DNA of 64,000 nucleotides, from NCBI GenBank assembly GCA_044225175.1, contig JBGAJA010000001.1, positions 70,994-134,993 on the forward strand, written 5' to 3'. Positions within the stretch are counted from its first letter, which is position 1. Every line of letters starts with the position of its first letter. Shown here in pieces: positions 1 to 11,403 of this stretch. Origin of the DNA: Candidatus Omnitrophota bacterium. Its GTDB lineage: Bacteria; Omnitrophota; Gorgyraeia; Zapsychrales; Fredricksoniimonadaceae. The position numbers and the translations under genes are program-made. Below the pieces are notes generated by a model. The model worked only from the letters and a program-made list of their open reading frames with translations, searched no databases and was not told where the DNA came from.

Positions 1-2
1 GA

Positions 3-446
3 TTGCTTACTCCTGTATTGGGGGCTACATTTGCCAGCACATTATTCGCAGTTGCTCTTCTAGCTTCTGGCCAAAACTCGACATTAACAGGAACATTAGC
101 TGGTCAAATTGTGATGGAAGGGTTCCTAAATATTCGTTTACGCCCATGGATGCGTCGAATCCTGACACGTTCAGTGGCCATTGTCCCAGCAGTCATTGTA
201 GCTGCGATGTATGGTGAAAAAGGAGTAGGAAGTCTTTTAGTTTTAAGCCAGGTTGTGTTATCTTTACAGTTAAGTTTTGCAGTTGTACCTTTAGTGATGT
301 TTACGTCTGATAAATTAAAGATGGATAAATTTGTTAATCCTACTTGGCTTAAGATCTTAGCCTGGACAATCACGGTGATTATTGGGGGACTAAACGCTTA
401 TTTATTGTTTCAAACAGTCAGTTTATGGTTCGGAGGATCTCATTAA
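3..446 (+). CDS. mntH: Nramp-family divalent metal (Mn2+/Fe2+) transporter, C-terminal part (5' truncated by window edge)
   Basis: Hydrophobic multi-TM C-terminus (…[44 protein letters not shown]…) typical of MntH/Nramp; ORF runs off the window start. Confidence 0.75.
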   Translation: MLTPVLGATFASTLFAVALLASGQNSTLTGTLAGQIVMEGFLNIRLRPWMRRILTRSVAIVPAVIVAAMYGEKGVGSLLVLSQVVLSLQLSFAVVPLVMFTSDKLKMDKFVNPTWLKILAWTITVIIGGLNAYLLFQTVSLWFGGSH

Positions 447-874
447 TGTATAAAAAAATTCTTATTCCTTTAGACAATTCACCAACAGATGAGGCTATTC
501 TAAAGCATATACGTCCTTTAGCTAAATTGAGTTCAGCAGAAATTCTACTTGTCCACGTTGCAGATGGTTTTGCAGCTCGTCTTCAAGATCAATTGAATTT
601 AGCTGATTCTGAAGAAATCATTAAAGATCAGAAGTATTTGGATGAACAATGCTTGCTATTGAAAAAAGAAGGTTTTAGGGTTAAGTCTCTTCTACTGCAG
701 CGTAAAGAACCTGCCGATGCAATTCTAGAGACTGCTGATAAGGAACACTGTGATTTGATTGCTATGGCCACCCATGGTCATGGTTTTGTCAAAGATATGA
801 TTTTAGGTTCAGTTGCAGATACTCTTCGTCATAGTACGGACATTCCTATTTTGATGATCCGTTCAAAGTGTTAA
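446..874 (+). CDS. Universal stress protein (UspA family)
   Basis: [12 protein letters not shown]…LLVHV…AMATHGHG…GSVADTLRHSTDIPILMIR is a typical Usp alpha/beta fold signature; the ATG at 446 overlaps the mntH stop by 1 nt (ORF track starts at 425). Confidence 0.8.
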   Translation: MYKKILIPLDNSPTDEAILKHIRPLAKLSSAEILLVHVADGFAARLQDQLNLADSEEIIKDQKYLDEQCLLLKKEGFRVKSLLLQRKEPADAILETADKEHCDLIAMATHGHGFVKDMILGSVADTLRHSTDIPILMIRSKC

Positions 875-925
875 ATAATTCCGCAGTATATTGTATTTCT
901 TGGGTGGAAAATCTATAATGCCTCT

Positions 926-2086
926 ATGCAATTCACGAACCGAATAACAGAGGCTTCCGACCTTGAACAAATCCTTAAAGACCTGACTGAAAATGTCAGG
1001 GGAAATTTTGATTTGGGGGTTTTGTTTGTTTCTCCTTGGCAACCTTATAATCCACAAGAAATTTATAAGGCCTTAAAAGCTCAGATTAAAATTAAACATT
1101 TTTTGTGCTGCACATGCGCAGGGATTATTGGCAGTGAGAGGGAAATTGAGGGGAGACCTGCCGCTTCATTATTGCTGGCTCAATTGCCCAATGTGACTGT
1201 GAGCCCTTTTTATATCAATCAAGTGGCCCTCGAGGGATTACAAACGCGTGAGGCTTTATACAATTTCTTCGAAATCTATCCCAATGAAACTCCAACTTTC
1301 TTAGTCTTGCCTGATCCCTATGCCATCGATACGAATCGTCTCTTAAAGGTTTTTAATGGTGCTTATCCGGGTTGTCCCATCATCGGAGGGTTAGCCTCAG
1401 GAGCTTCAGGACCTGGAGAAAATACCCTTATTATGGATGGAGAGGTTTATACGGAAGGTTTGATGGGGGTTGTTCTAACCGGAGATGTAAAGGTTGAAAC
1501 GGTTGTGTCCCAAGGCTGTCGTCCTTTTGGTGAGACATTCATTGTGACGAAAGCTAAAGACAATCTTATTTATGAACTCGCAGGCCAGCCCTTTTATAAA
1601 ATCTTGGAGGGTGTATTGAAAGCAGGTACAGAATATGATCGTCACTTGGCCAGGGAGGCCATTTTTGTTGGTATTGCGATCAATGAGTATAAGCCGGAAT
1701 TTAAACGAGGTGATTTTCTTATACGGCCTGTCATGGCGGTCGATCCTAATAATGGTGCAGGGGCTATTGGGGATTATATTAGTGCCGGTCAAACGATTCA
1801 ATTTCATCTGCGTGATGCTAAAACAGCCAATGAAGATTTGCATGAACTTCTAACTCTACAAAAACAGAAGAATGGACAAGTTCCTCAAGGAGCATTTGTA
1901 TTTTCGTGTAATGGTCGAGGCTTAGGTCTGTTTAAAGAGCATAATCATGATATTCGTATCATTCAACATCATCTAGGCCCTGTTCCTGCTGCTGGGTTTT
2001 TCTGTGCCGGCGAAATTGGCCCTGTGGGCGGCATTAATTTTCTTCATGGTTTTACCAATAGTATGGCATTATTCTATGCAAAGTAA
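926..2086 (+). CDS. FIST (N+C) domain sensory protein
   Basis: 386 aa; overall similarity pattern of FIST_N/FIST_C proteins (…GVLFVSP…CCTCAGIIGSE…GPVGGINFLHGFTNSMALF); assignment from memory of the family. Confidence 0.55.
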   Translation: MQFTNRITEASDLEQILKDLTENVRGNFDLGVLFVSPWQPYNPQEIYKALKAQIKIKHFLCCTCAGIIGSEREIEGRPAASLLLAQLPNVTVSPFYINQVALEGLQTREALYNFFEIYPNETPTFLVLPDPYAIDTNRLLKVFNGAYPGCPIIGGLASGASGPGENTLIMDGEVYTEGLMGVVLTGDVKVETVVSQGCRPFGETFIVTKAKDNLIYELAGQPFYKILEGVLKAGTEYDRHLAREAIFVGIAINEYKPEFKRGDFLIRPVMAVDPNNGAGAIGDYISAGQTIQFHLRDAKTANEDLHELLTLQKQKNGQVPQGAFVFSCNGRGLGLFKEHNHDIRIIQHHLGPVPAAGFFCAGEIGPVGGINFLHGFTNSMALFYAK

Positions 2087-2945
2087 CTCCCAAGAATATC
2101 TTAAGGTCATGTTTAATTTTGCCCAGAAGGCAGGCAAGGTTGCGCTTAAACATCTTGATCAAAGTTCGCCTTCTTTGAAGAAAGATGCCAGTGTCATTAC
2201 AAAAGCAGACAAAGAAATCTCTCTGTTGTGCCGTAAGTCACTTCAAAAATACTTAAAAGATCCATCCCATCTCTTAATTGATGAAGAAGATCCTAATATA
2301 GCCCTGTACTTAGATCAGAAAAGATTAGAGCAAACAAAGTATCTTTGGGCCGTTGATCCTATTGATGGAACACGTCTGTATGCCAATCGAATGCCATTAT
2401 TTGGAGTTTCTTTGGGATTATTGAAAGATTTAAAGCCATGGCTTGGGGTTGTCTATTTCCCCGTTTTAAAAGAGCTTTTTTATTGTGATGGGATCAATGC
2501 TTACTTCGTCCAAAATGCTTTCACCTCAAAAGCTAAAACAATCAAGATCAAACCTAACCGGGAACAGGTGTCTCCTAAGTCATTATTCTTTTGTAATGAC
2601 ACATTCTTTAACAAATTTGCTTGGTCTGATAAGGATTTCCACATCATGATCCATGCGTGTGCCGTTATTAATCTCTGCTGGCCATCCATTGGCAGGGGAA
2701 TTGGATGCTTTTTAAGGTGTAATCTATGGGATTTTGCCGGTTCCTGGCCCATTATTCAAAAGGCAGGGATGGATTTTCGGTCGGTCAGAACAGGAAAAGT
2801 CTTAAAATCTGTCAATATAGATGTTTTTAATGGCGCTCCAAGGCCATGGGATTTAAAAGAGCATTACATGATTTCCTCAGCAAGAAACTTTTCTCGAATT
2901 AAATCCAAAATAATTATTTTGTCGACGACAAAAAACATTTCGTAA
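2076..2945 (+). CDS. Inositol monophosphatase (IMPase/SuhB) family protein
   Basis: WAVDPIDGT motif plus upstream acidic metal-binding residues. The ORF opens at 2004, but the likely start is ATG 2076 (MQSNSQEY…), overlapping the FIST gene end. Confidence 0.7.
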   Translation: MQSNSQEYLKVMFNFAQKAGKVALKHLDQSSPSLKKDASVITKADKEISLLCRKSLQKYLKDPSHLLIDEEDPNIALYLDQKRLEQTKYLWAVDPIDGTRLYANRMPLFGVSLGLLKDLKPWLGVVYFPVLKELFYCDGINAYFVQNAFTSKAKTIKIKPNREQVSPKSLFFCNDTFFNKFAWSDKDFHIMIHACAVINLCWPSIGRGIGCFLRCNLWDFAGSWPIIQKAGMDFRSVRTGKVLKSVNIDVFNGAPRPWDLKEHYMISSARNFSRIKSKIIILSTTKNIS

Positions 2946-3117
2946 TAGTTGATTTTCATAAAACAGGGTGCTATATTCGTAATAGAAAGCCGGAGGAAGT
3001 CATCATTAGTCTAAGGCCCGCAGATTTGTGGGGGGCACATCAGACAAAATTAAAGACAGATGACAAACCGGCTTTTTATTTCGCAATTTCATTTATTTTT
3101 AGTATATAATTCCCTCC

Positions 3118-3423
3118 ATGTCTAGCGAACGATATCTTCGGATTTATAAGAAATTTTATTTTGATGAGGTCAAATCCCATACTCTTTTGTATGGTGCTCT
3201 TTCTGGCAGCTGCAGCAGTTGTAAGGAAATTGATATTAAGTTAGATGCTCTCAAATGTCCTTCCTGTGGAAATCCTTTCAAATACATTGCATTTATGAAT
3301 ATCAAAGATCATCTGCCTAAAATGCAAAGAATAGCACTTGAGAGGCCAGATATTGTTTTTATGGATTATGAAGATTTTAAGAAGGTTGAAGGAGAGCTTA
3401 AAGCTCGAGATATTTTAGGATAA
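3118..3423 (+). CDS. Small zinc-ribbon protein (CxxC…CxxC), hypothetical
   Basis: 101 aa; SCSSCKEIDIKLDALKCPSCGNPF four-Cys motif; lies directly upstream of the M20 peptidase gene. Confidence 0.5.
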   Translation: MSSERYLRIYKKFYFDEVKSHTLLYGALSGSCSSCKEIDIKLDALKCPSCGNPFKYIAFMNIKDHLPKMQRIALERPDIVFMDYEDFKKVEGELKARDILG

Positions 3424-3432
3424 GGGGAATGT

Positions 3433-4575
3433 ATGGTAAATAAAGATCGTTTGGTTAAGTTGACTCAGAAATTACTACAATTTGATTCAGTTAATCCTCC
3501 TGGAAATGAACTTGAAGTTTCTCGATTTATAGAAAAAGACCTTAAATCTTTAGGGTTAGATGTGAAAACAGTCTCGTATGCTAAGAATAGGCCTAACGTC
3601 ATTGCCACGCTTAAGGGGACATGGCCTCGTGCCAAAGCTGCCTCTGAAGCGATTTTAATTACCCCTCATATTGATACAGTACCTTTTGGTTCCGGATGGA
3701 AATTTAATCCGACCGGTGGCACCATCCATGCAGGCAAGATTTATGGACGTGGCGCTTCGGATGATAAAGGCAATGCAGCCGTTGGAATGGAAGTTTTACG
3801 TTCTTTAGTGGAAGATGGCATTAAGCTTAATCGCGATATCATTTATGCAGCGACCGTTGATGAAGAAACTGGATCTCACCAAGGAATTAGACCTTTACTT
3901 GAAAAAGGCGTACTTCGTCCTAAGGTTGCTTTGATTACTGATTCCGAAGAGTTCGACTGCATCATAGCCCAAAAGGGACTATTCCATTGCCGTGTGCAGA
4001 TCTTTGGAAAGAAAGCTCATGGGGCCTATAATTGGCGAGGAATCAGTGCTATTGAAATTGCTGCCAAGGTCATCAATCGTCTCAAAGAACATCAATTCAA
4101 ATTTAAGAAGCATCCCTTACTTGTACCACCGACCAAAAATATCGGAACTATTCGTGGCGGAGATAAGGTCAATATGGTGGCTGATTTTTGTGAGTTTGCC
4201 TTAGACATTCGTTTTATGCCAGGAATGACTGCAGCTGGAGTCTTGAAAGAGGTCAAAAGCATTATTGCCAAGGAAACAAAGAAGTTTAAGGTGATTATTG
4301 ATGATTCTCAAAAGCCCTACGAACTTGATCCTAAGCACCCCTTTGTGAAGACGTACGTCGATGTTTGTCGAAAAATGGGCTTTGATGCAAAGTATCTAGG
4401 AAGCCAGGGGGCCACAGTCATTACATTTTTCCAAGATTATGGTATTCCTGCCTTTTCAACGGGCTGGGGAGCTCATGGGGTCATTCATGCCAATGACGAA
4501 TATGCTGTTATTAAAACTCTTTATCATGGAGCTCAGGCTCTTGAAGCTTATTTGAAGGAATACGATTCCAAATGA
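3433..4575 (+). CDS. M20 family metallopeptidase (ArgE/DapE-like deacylase)
   Basis: ITPHIDTVPFG…GRGASDDKGNAAVGMEV metal-binding motifs of M20 peptidases. Confidence 0.8.
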   Translation: MVNKDRLVKLTQKLLQFDSVNPPGNELEVSRFIEKDLKSLGLDVKTVSYAKNRPNVIATLKGTWPRAKAASEAILITPHIDTVPFGSGWKFNPTGGTIHAGKIYGRGASDDKGNAAVGMEVLRSLVEDGIKLNRDIIYAATVDEETGSHQGIRPLLEKGVLRPKVALITDSEEFDCIIAQKGLFHCRVQIFGKKAHGAYNWRGISAIEIAAKVINRLKEHQFKFKKHPLLVPPTKNIGTIRGGDKVNMVADFCEFALDIRFMPGMTAAGVLKEVKSIIAKETKKFKVIIDDSQKPYELDPKHPFVKTYVDVCRKMGFDAKYLGSQGATVITFFQDYGIPAFSTGWGAHGVIHANDEYAVIKTLYHGAQALEAYLKEYDSK

Positions 4576-5243
4576 GAACACTTCTTTTAGCTATCTTTTT
4601 AATTTTTAGTGCTAGTCTTCCGTCGTGGGCAGTTGAAAATGGTGAGACAATCCATTACAACGTAACACAGGTGGGATTGAAGGCTGGAGAGGCGACCCTA
4701 ACATTTGTCGGGCCTGCTCAATATCGAAATCAAGAAACATATTCTATTGACTTTTACTCTAAAGGGATGAACTTTGAGGATCATGAGAAGATTTATTTGG
4801 ATCCTAAACGATTGAAACCGATCTTTGTTGAGCGAGATTTAAACATTTTTGGCAAAAAAGAGAAGATTCTGGAAGAGTATACCGAAGGTCACTTAAAGAT
4901 CACTAAGACCGTAGGTAATAAAACTACAGAACAAACCATAGACAAAGCAGGATGGATGGATAATATTTATGCGTTTATCTATCGTTATCGTCAGTCTGAA
5001 AGCTTCCAAGCTCAAGAAGAATTCGATATTAACCTTCCGACAACAAGTTTAAAGATTGCCATTGTCAAGAAGGATGCTCTCAAAGCAGGAAAAAAGAAGT
5101 ACGATGTTCTTTATATGCAAAGCAAACCTTCTAAATATAAGATTTGGTTTGATGCTTCCCCAGAGAAACTTCCTCTTCGAATCAGCGGAGCAGTTGGCTT
5201 GGGAAATACCGTTATGATGATGACAGACTATGAAAAAAAATAA
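4572..5243 (+). CDS. Secreted hypothetical protein (N-terminal signal peptide)
   Basis: [20 protein letters not shown] signal peptide; ATGA overlap with the upstream gene; no motif I can assign confidently. Confidence 0.55.
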   Translation: MRTLLLAIFLIFSASLPSWAVENGETIHYNVTQVGLKAGEATLTFVGPAQYRNQETYSIDFYSKGMNFEDHEKIYLDPKRLKPIFVERDLNIFGKKEKILEEYTEGHLKITKTVGNKTTEQTIDKAGWMDNIYAFIYRYRQSESFQAQEEFDINLPTTSLKIAIVKKDALKAGKKKYDVLYMQSKPSKYKIWFDASPEKLPLRISGAVGLGNTVMMMTDYEKK

Positions 5244-6423
5244 AATTCAATTACCAGACAGTAGAGGTCACTTCGGCGAATTTGGCGGCTGTTATGCTCC
5301 AGAGACGCTCATGGGACTTTTGCTTGATTTAGAGAAAGAATTTCAAAAGATCAAAAAGGACAAAACATTCCAAAAGGAGTTTGATTTTTATCTCAAGGAA
5401 TATGCTGGACGTCCAACCAATTTATATCTCGCCAAACGTTTGAGTGCTCATTTAAAGACATTAAAGGTGTATTTAAAACGTGAAGATTTGCTGCACACAG
5501 GTGCTCATAAGATCAATAACACATTAGGCCAAATCATCGTAGCCCGTCGTATGGGAAAGACCCGTATTATTGCGGAAACAGGAGCTGGGCAGCATGGAGT
5601 TGCGACTGCTACAGTCTCAGCTTTGTTTGGCTTGAAGTGTGTGATTTATATGGGCGCTGAAGATGTGAAGCGTCAGTCTTTGAACGTTATACGTATGAAA
5701 CTTATGGGAGCAGAAGTAATTCCTGTAGAAAGCGGCTCCAAGACCCTTAAAGATGCCATGAATGAAGCTGTTCGTGATTGGGTCACCAACGTTCATGACA
5801 CGTTTTATATCATCGGCTCGGTGGCAGGGTTCCATCCTTATCCTGTTATGGTGAGAGCTTTTCAATCTGTGATTGGTAGGGAAGCTCGTGAGCAATTCTT
5901 GAAAAAAGAAGGACGCTTGCCCAATTATTTAGTTGCATGCGTTGGTGGGGGTAGTAATGCTATGGGATTATTCCATCCATTCTATGATGACAAATCCGTC
6001 AAGATTATTGGGGTTGAGGCAGCAGGTCATGGGGTGCATACCAAGGAACATTCAGCTACATTGACCAAAGGAAAAGTTGGGGTGCTTCATGGCAGTAAGA
6101 GTATGCTTCTTCAAGACAAAGACGGGCAAGTACAAATTGCTCATTCCATTGCAGCTGGTTTAGATTATCCAGGAGTTGGGCCAGAGCATTCATTTTATAA
6201 AGCAAGTGGTCGGGCTGAATATGTTTCAGTCGATGACAAACAAGCCATCGCAGCCTTGAAATTGTTAGCCAAGACAGAAGGAATTATCCCCGCTCTTGAA
6301 ACATCGCATGCCATTGCCTATTTAGAAACATTAGCCAAAAAAGTAAAATCCAAATCTTCCGTCATTCTATGTCTCTCCGGACGTGGGGATAAGGATATGA
6401 ATCAAATTTCGCAGTTTGTATAA
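5230..6423 (+). CDS. trpB: Tryptophan synthase beta subunit
   Basis: [16 protein letters not shown]-lysine motif, [18 protein letters not shown]; full-length, 397 aa. Confidence 0.9.
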   Translation: MKKNKIQLPDSRGHFGEFGGCYAPETLMGLLLDLEKEFQKIKKDKTFQKEFDFYLKEYAGRPTNLYLAKRLSAHLKTLKVYLKREDLLHTGAHKINNTLGQIIVARRMGKTRIIAETGAGQHGVATATVSALFGLKCVIYMGAEDVKRQSLNVIRMKLMGAEVIPVESGSKTLKDAMNEAVRDWVTNVHDTFYIIGSVAGFHPYPVMVRAFQSVIGREAREQFLKKEGRLPNYLVACVGGGSNAMGLFHPFYDDKSVKIIGVEAAGHGVHTKEHSATLTKGKVGVLHGSKSMLLQDKDGQVQIAHSIAAGLDYPGVGPEHSFYKASGRAEYVSVDDKQAIAALKLLAKTEGIIPALETSHAIAYLETLAKKVKSKSSVILCLSGRGDKDMNQISQFV

Positions 6424-6437
6424 ATAATGAAGAAGTT

Positions 6438-7175
6438 ATGATTAAACTCTTAATAGGATTGATATTTTTAAATAGTTTTTCTGGAGCCGCCATTGCTCAA
6501 ACTATTAAAGATGGTTTTGGTAAAACTTTGCTTCCTGACAATTGTTTATATGAGGGGAATTTTAAAGGAGGTTTGTTTAACGGGAAGGGCACTCTCAAAT
6601 GTGCCAATGGAGATAAATTTGAAGGAGAGTTTAAGAATGGATTTATGGATGGAGCAGGAGTCTATATTTTTGGAAATGGTGATAAATATTCAGGGGAATA
6701 TAAGAATGGTTATATGAACGGTAAGGGCGTTTTAAATTATTCAGATGGCAGTAAATTTGAGGGAGGATTTAAAAATGGTCGGATAAATGGCCAAGGCGTA
6801 TTAATTACTGATTTAGGCGCTAAATATGAAGGAAGTTTTAAAGATGGAAAATTTAATGGAAAAGGCATAGTTACCTATACAGATGGAAGTAGTTATCAGG
6901 GTGAAATCAAAGATTATAAGCCTCATGGCAAAGGTCTTTTCACTTATCCTAATAATTCTGTATATAAAACCTATGAGGGAAATTTTGAGGAAGGTAAATT
7001 TAAAGGTAAGGGAATATTCTTATATGTTGATGGCAGTAGATATGAGGGTATGTTTGAAGATGGTCGATATAATGGGCAAGGAATTTTATATTGTGGCAAT
7101 GGCAAGAAATTAGAAGGTATTTTTGAAAATGGTCAATTTACTGGCAACGAAAGATGCTTTGATAACAATGAATAG
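6438..7175 (+). CDS. MORN-repeat protein with N-terminal signal peptide
   Basis: About 10 tandem YxGxxKNGxxxGxG MORN units (YEGNFKGGLFNGKGT, YSGEYKNGYMNGKGV, …); inserted between trpB and trpA. Confidence 0.8.
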   Translation: MIKLLIGLIFLNSFSGAAIAQTIKDGFGKTLLPDNCLYEGNFKGGLFNGKGTLKCANGDKFEGEFKNGFMDGAGVYIFGNGDKYSGEYKNGYMNGKGVLNYSDGSKFEGGFKNGRINGQGVLITDLGAKYEGSFKDGKFNGKGIVTYTDGSSYQGEIKDYKPHGKGLFTYPNNSVYKTYEGNFEEGKFKGKGIFLYVDGSRYEGMFEDGRYNGQGILYCGNGKKLEGIFENGQFTGNERCFDNNE

Positions 7176-7956
7176 AATCGATCAAACATTTAAGAAATTA
7201 CGTCTACAAAAGAAAAAAGCTTTCATTGCTTTTATCACTGCTGGCGATCCTAACTTAAAGGCGACTTATGATCTGGTGTTAACATTAGAGCAGGCTGGTG
7301 CTGATATTATTGAGCTGGGCGTTCCTTTTTCTGATCCTATGGCCGATGGTCCAACCATTCAATCATCTTCCATGAGAGCGCTCCAAAACGGAACGACGTT
7401 AACGAAGGTGTTAGATTTAGTCAAACGGCTTCGACTAAAGACCCAAGTTCCGTTGTGCTTGATGACCTATTACAATATTATTTTTAGTCACGGCGAAGAG
7501 AAGTTTGTGAAAGAGGCTGTTGCGGCAGGGGTAGATGGGATTATTATTCCTGATCTTCCTGTAAGTGAGGCAGCTGTCCTTAGAAAGCATGCTCTTGCCA
7601 AAGATTTGGCTACTATCTTCTTTATTGCGCCAACGACGAGTAGTGAACGCGTTAAATCTATTGCTCAAGCAAGTACTGGCTTTATTTATTATGTATCTCT
7701 GACAGGTGTCACTGGAGTTAAACAAACCCTCCCTAAAGAAGTCGTTGCTGATATTAAACGCATTAAGAAAATTACTAATAAACCTATTTGTGCTGGTTTT
7801 GGGATTTCTACATCGGCTCAAGTTAGGTCTATAGGCCAGGCAGCGGATGGCGTCATTGTTGGAAGTGCTATTGTTAAAGAAATTCTCAAATATTCAAAAG
7901 ATAAAAACTTGGCCTCTAAAGTTGCTCATTTCGTAAAGCAATTATCCAAAGGATAA
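7168..7956 (+). CDS. trpA: Tryptophan synthase alpha subunit
   Basis: IAFITAGDP…ELGVPFSDPMADGPTIQ motifs. The ORF opens at 7123, but the likely start is ATG 7168 (MNRIDQ…), overlapping the MORN gene stop by 8 nt. Confidence 0.85.
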   Translation: MNRIDQTFKKLRLQKKKAFIAFITAGDPNLKATYDLVLTLEQAGADIIELGVPFSDPMADGPTIQSSSMRALQNGTTLTKVLDLVKRLRLKTQVPLCLMTYYNIIFSHGEEKFVKEAVAAGVDGIIIPDLPVSEAAVLRKHALAKDLATIFFIAPTTSSERVKSIAQASTGFIYYVSLTGVTGVKQTLPKEVVADIKRIKKITNKPICAGFGISTSAQVRSIGQAADGVIVGSAIVKEILKYSKDKNLASKVAHFVKQLSKG

Positions 7957-7961
7957 ATCAC

Positions 7962-9233
7962 GTGCAAAAACTGACTACACTCGATAATAAGATTCGAGTC
8001 ATTACGCAAACTTTTAAAGATCGTCAAAGCACATCTCTTGGGGTGTGGTTTGGTGTGGGTGGCCGGTATGAGAACTTTAAGAATAAAGGCATTGCCCACT
8101 TTATGGAACACATAGCTTTTAAAGGCAGTCGTCACTATTCCTGCCAAGAAGTTAAACAATTGATTGAAGGTGTGGGAGGCAATCTTAATGCTTTTACAGG
8201 AGAGGAAGAAACCTGTTATTACGCTAAGGTTCCAAGAAAACATTTGAATCGAACATTTGATATTTTGGCTGACATTAGTTTGTTTCCAACTATCAACAAG
8301 AAAGACTTAGAAAAAGAACGAACTGTTATTTTGGAAGAAATCAAAATGTATCATGATCTTCCTCAATACTATGTGATGGAACTCTTAGAAGAGCTTCTTT
8401 GGCCTAACCATCCCCTGGGGGTTAGTTTAGCTGGAAGTAAAGAAACTGTTTCAGCTTTAACCGAAGTTGATTTGAAGAGCTTTCAGAATGATTTTTATGT
8501 TCCAGATAATTTGGTTGTATCGGTTTGTGGAGACATTAATCATGAAGCCATTGTTAAAATGATTGATAAAAAATTAGGAAAACTTAAAGGCAAGATCCAG
8601 GAAAGCTATATTCCAGCTCGAAAAGACCAAGATAAGCCTTCGGTTAATTTTCATGTCAAAGATACAGAACAGATGCATTTGGCTTTAGGATATTTGGCGT
8701 ATGAGACCAACCACAAAGATTATTATGTGATGGCGACCTTAAGCATTATTCTAGGCGGCAATATGTCGAGCCGTTTATTTAATGAAGTCCGTGAAGACAG
8801 AGGTCTTGCGTATTCGATAGGAAGTTCGTCAAAGACGTTAGATGATACGGGTGTTTTTATTGTAAGAGCAGGTGTCGATAACAATAAAATCGAAGATGCT
8901 TTGGCCGTAATTTTGAAGGTCCTCAAGAAGGTAACTAAGGATGGCGTTACTCAAGATGAGCTTTCCCGTGCGAAAGAGTACTTTATCGGTCAATTCCTCT
9001 TAGGCCTTGAAGACACCTTAGACTACATGATCTGGCAGGGTGCTGGATTAATCAGTCATGATAAAACAAGAACCGTTCAAGCTGTTGTGAATAAGATTAA
9101 AGCCGTCAGTTTAGAGGACATCAAAAGAGTAGCTCGGCACATTTTTTCTGAAAAGCGTCTGAATGTAAGCTTGATTGGTCCTGTAGATGATGCCAAACAG
9201 AAGCGTTTGAGGGGCATTGCCGGCATTGCCTAA
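7962..9233 (+). CDS. M16 (pitrilysin/insulinase) family zinc peptidase
   Basis: HFMEHIAFKGS inverted zinc-binding HxxEH motif; GTG start. Confidence 0.8.
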   Translation: MQKLTTLDNKIRVITQTFKDRQSTSLGVWFGVGGRYENFKNKGIAHFMEHIAFKGSRHYSCQEVKQLIEGVGGNLNAFTGEEETCYYAKVPRKHLNRTFDILADISLFPTINKKDLEKERTVILEEIKMYHDLPQYYVMELLEELLWPNHPLGVSLAGSKETVSALTEVDLKSFQNDFYVPDNLVVSVCGDINHEAIVKMIDKKLGKLKGKIQESYIPARKDQDKPSVNFHVKDTEQMHLALGYLAYETNHKDYYVMATLSIILGGNMSSRLFNEVREDRGLAYSIGSSSKTLDDTGVFIVRAGVDNNKIEDALAVILKVLKKVTKDGVTQDELSRAKEYFIGQFLLGLEDTLDYMIWQGAGLISHDKTRTVQAVVNKIKAVSLEDIKRVARHIFSEKRLNVSLIGPVDDAKQKRLRGIAGIA

Positions 9234-9260
9234 TAACATTCAATATGATATGATTTAAGT

Positions 9261-9599
9261 ATGAATACACAATTACCTATAGCCACATTAACTGATTCAG
9301 CCGTCGAGAAAATTAAGTCGATGATGACCAAAGAAGGTAAGGAAGGTTATGCCTTACGTTTGGGTGTCACGACGGGCGGTTGTGCAGGTCTTTCATATGA
9401 AATGAAGTTTCAAAAGAACCCGTATGACAATGACATTGTTTATGAACAAAAGGGATTAACAGTCATTGTTAACCAGGAAAGCTTAGAATTCTTAAAAGGT
9501 ATTGAAGTTGACTATGTCGATACCCTCCGTGAAAGCGGCTTTAAATACAAAAACCCCAATGCCAAATCCAGTTGTGGCTGCGGAACCTCATTTAGTTAA
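9261..9599 (+). CDS. Fe-S cluster insertion / A-type carrier protein (IscA/ErpA/HesB family)
   Basis: 112 aa; GGCAGLSY … SSCGCGTSF C-terminal cysteines characteristic of HesB/IscA. Confidence 0.8.
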   Translation: MNTQLPIATLTDSAVEKIKSMMTKEGKEGYALRLGVTTGGCAGLSYEMKFQKNPYDNDIVYEQKGLTVIVNQESLEFLKGIEVDYVDTLRESGFKYKNPNAKSSCGCGTSFS

Positions 9600-11393
<1,794 letters not shown>

Positions 11394-11403
11394 TTTTGGA
11401 TTT

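Noticed and set aside
2946-3117. Structured 170-bp intergenic region. A long-range stem pairs GCCGG…GTCATC with GATGAC…CCGGC, followed by a T-run. It contains CCGGAGGAAG and CAGATGAC strings loosely reminiscent of SRP (4.5S) RNA domain IV.
   Set aside because: No GNRA tetraloop and no conserved symmetric/asymmetric loop spacing of SRP RNA. Resemblance is limited to two short strings. More likely a terminator or attenuator for the upstream IMPase-family gene, or the promoter region of the zinc-ribbon/M20 genes.
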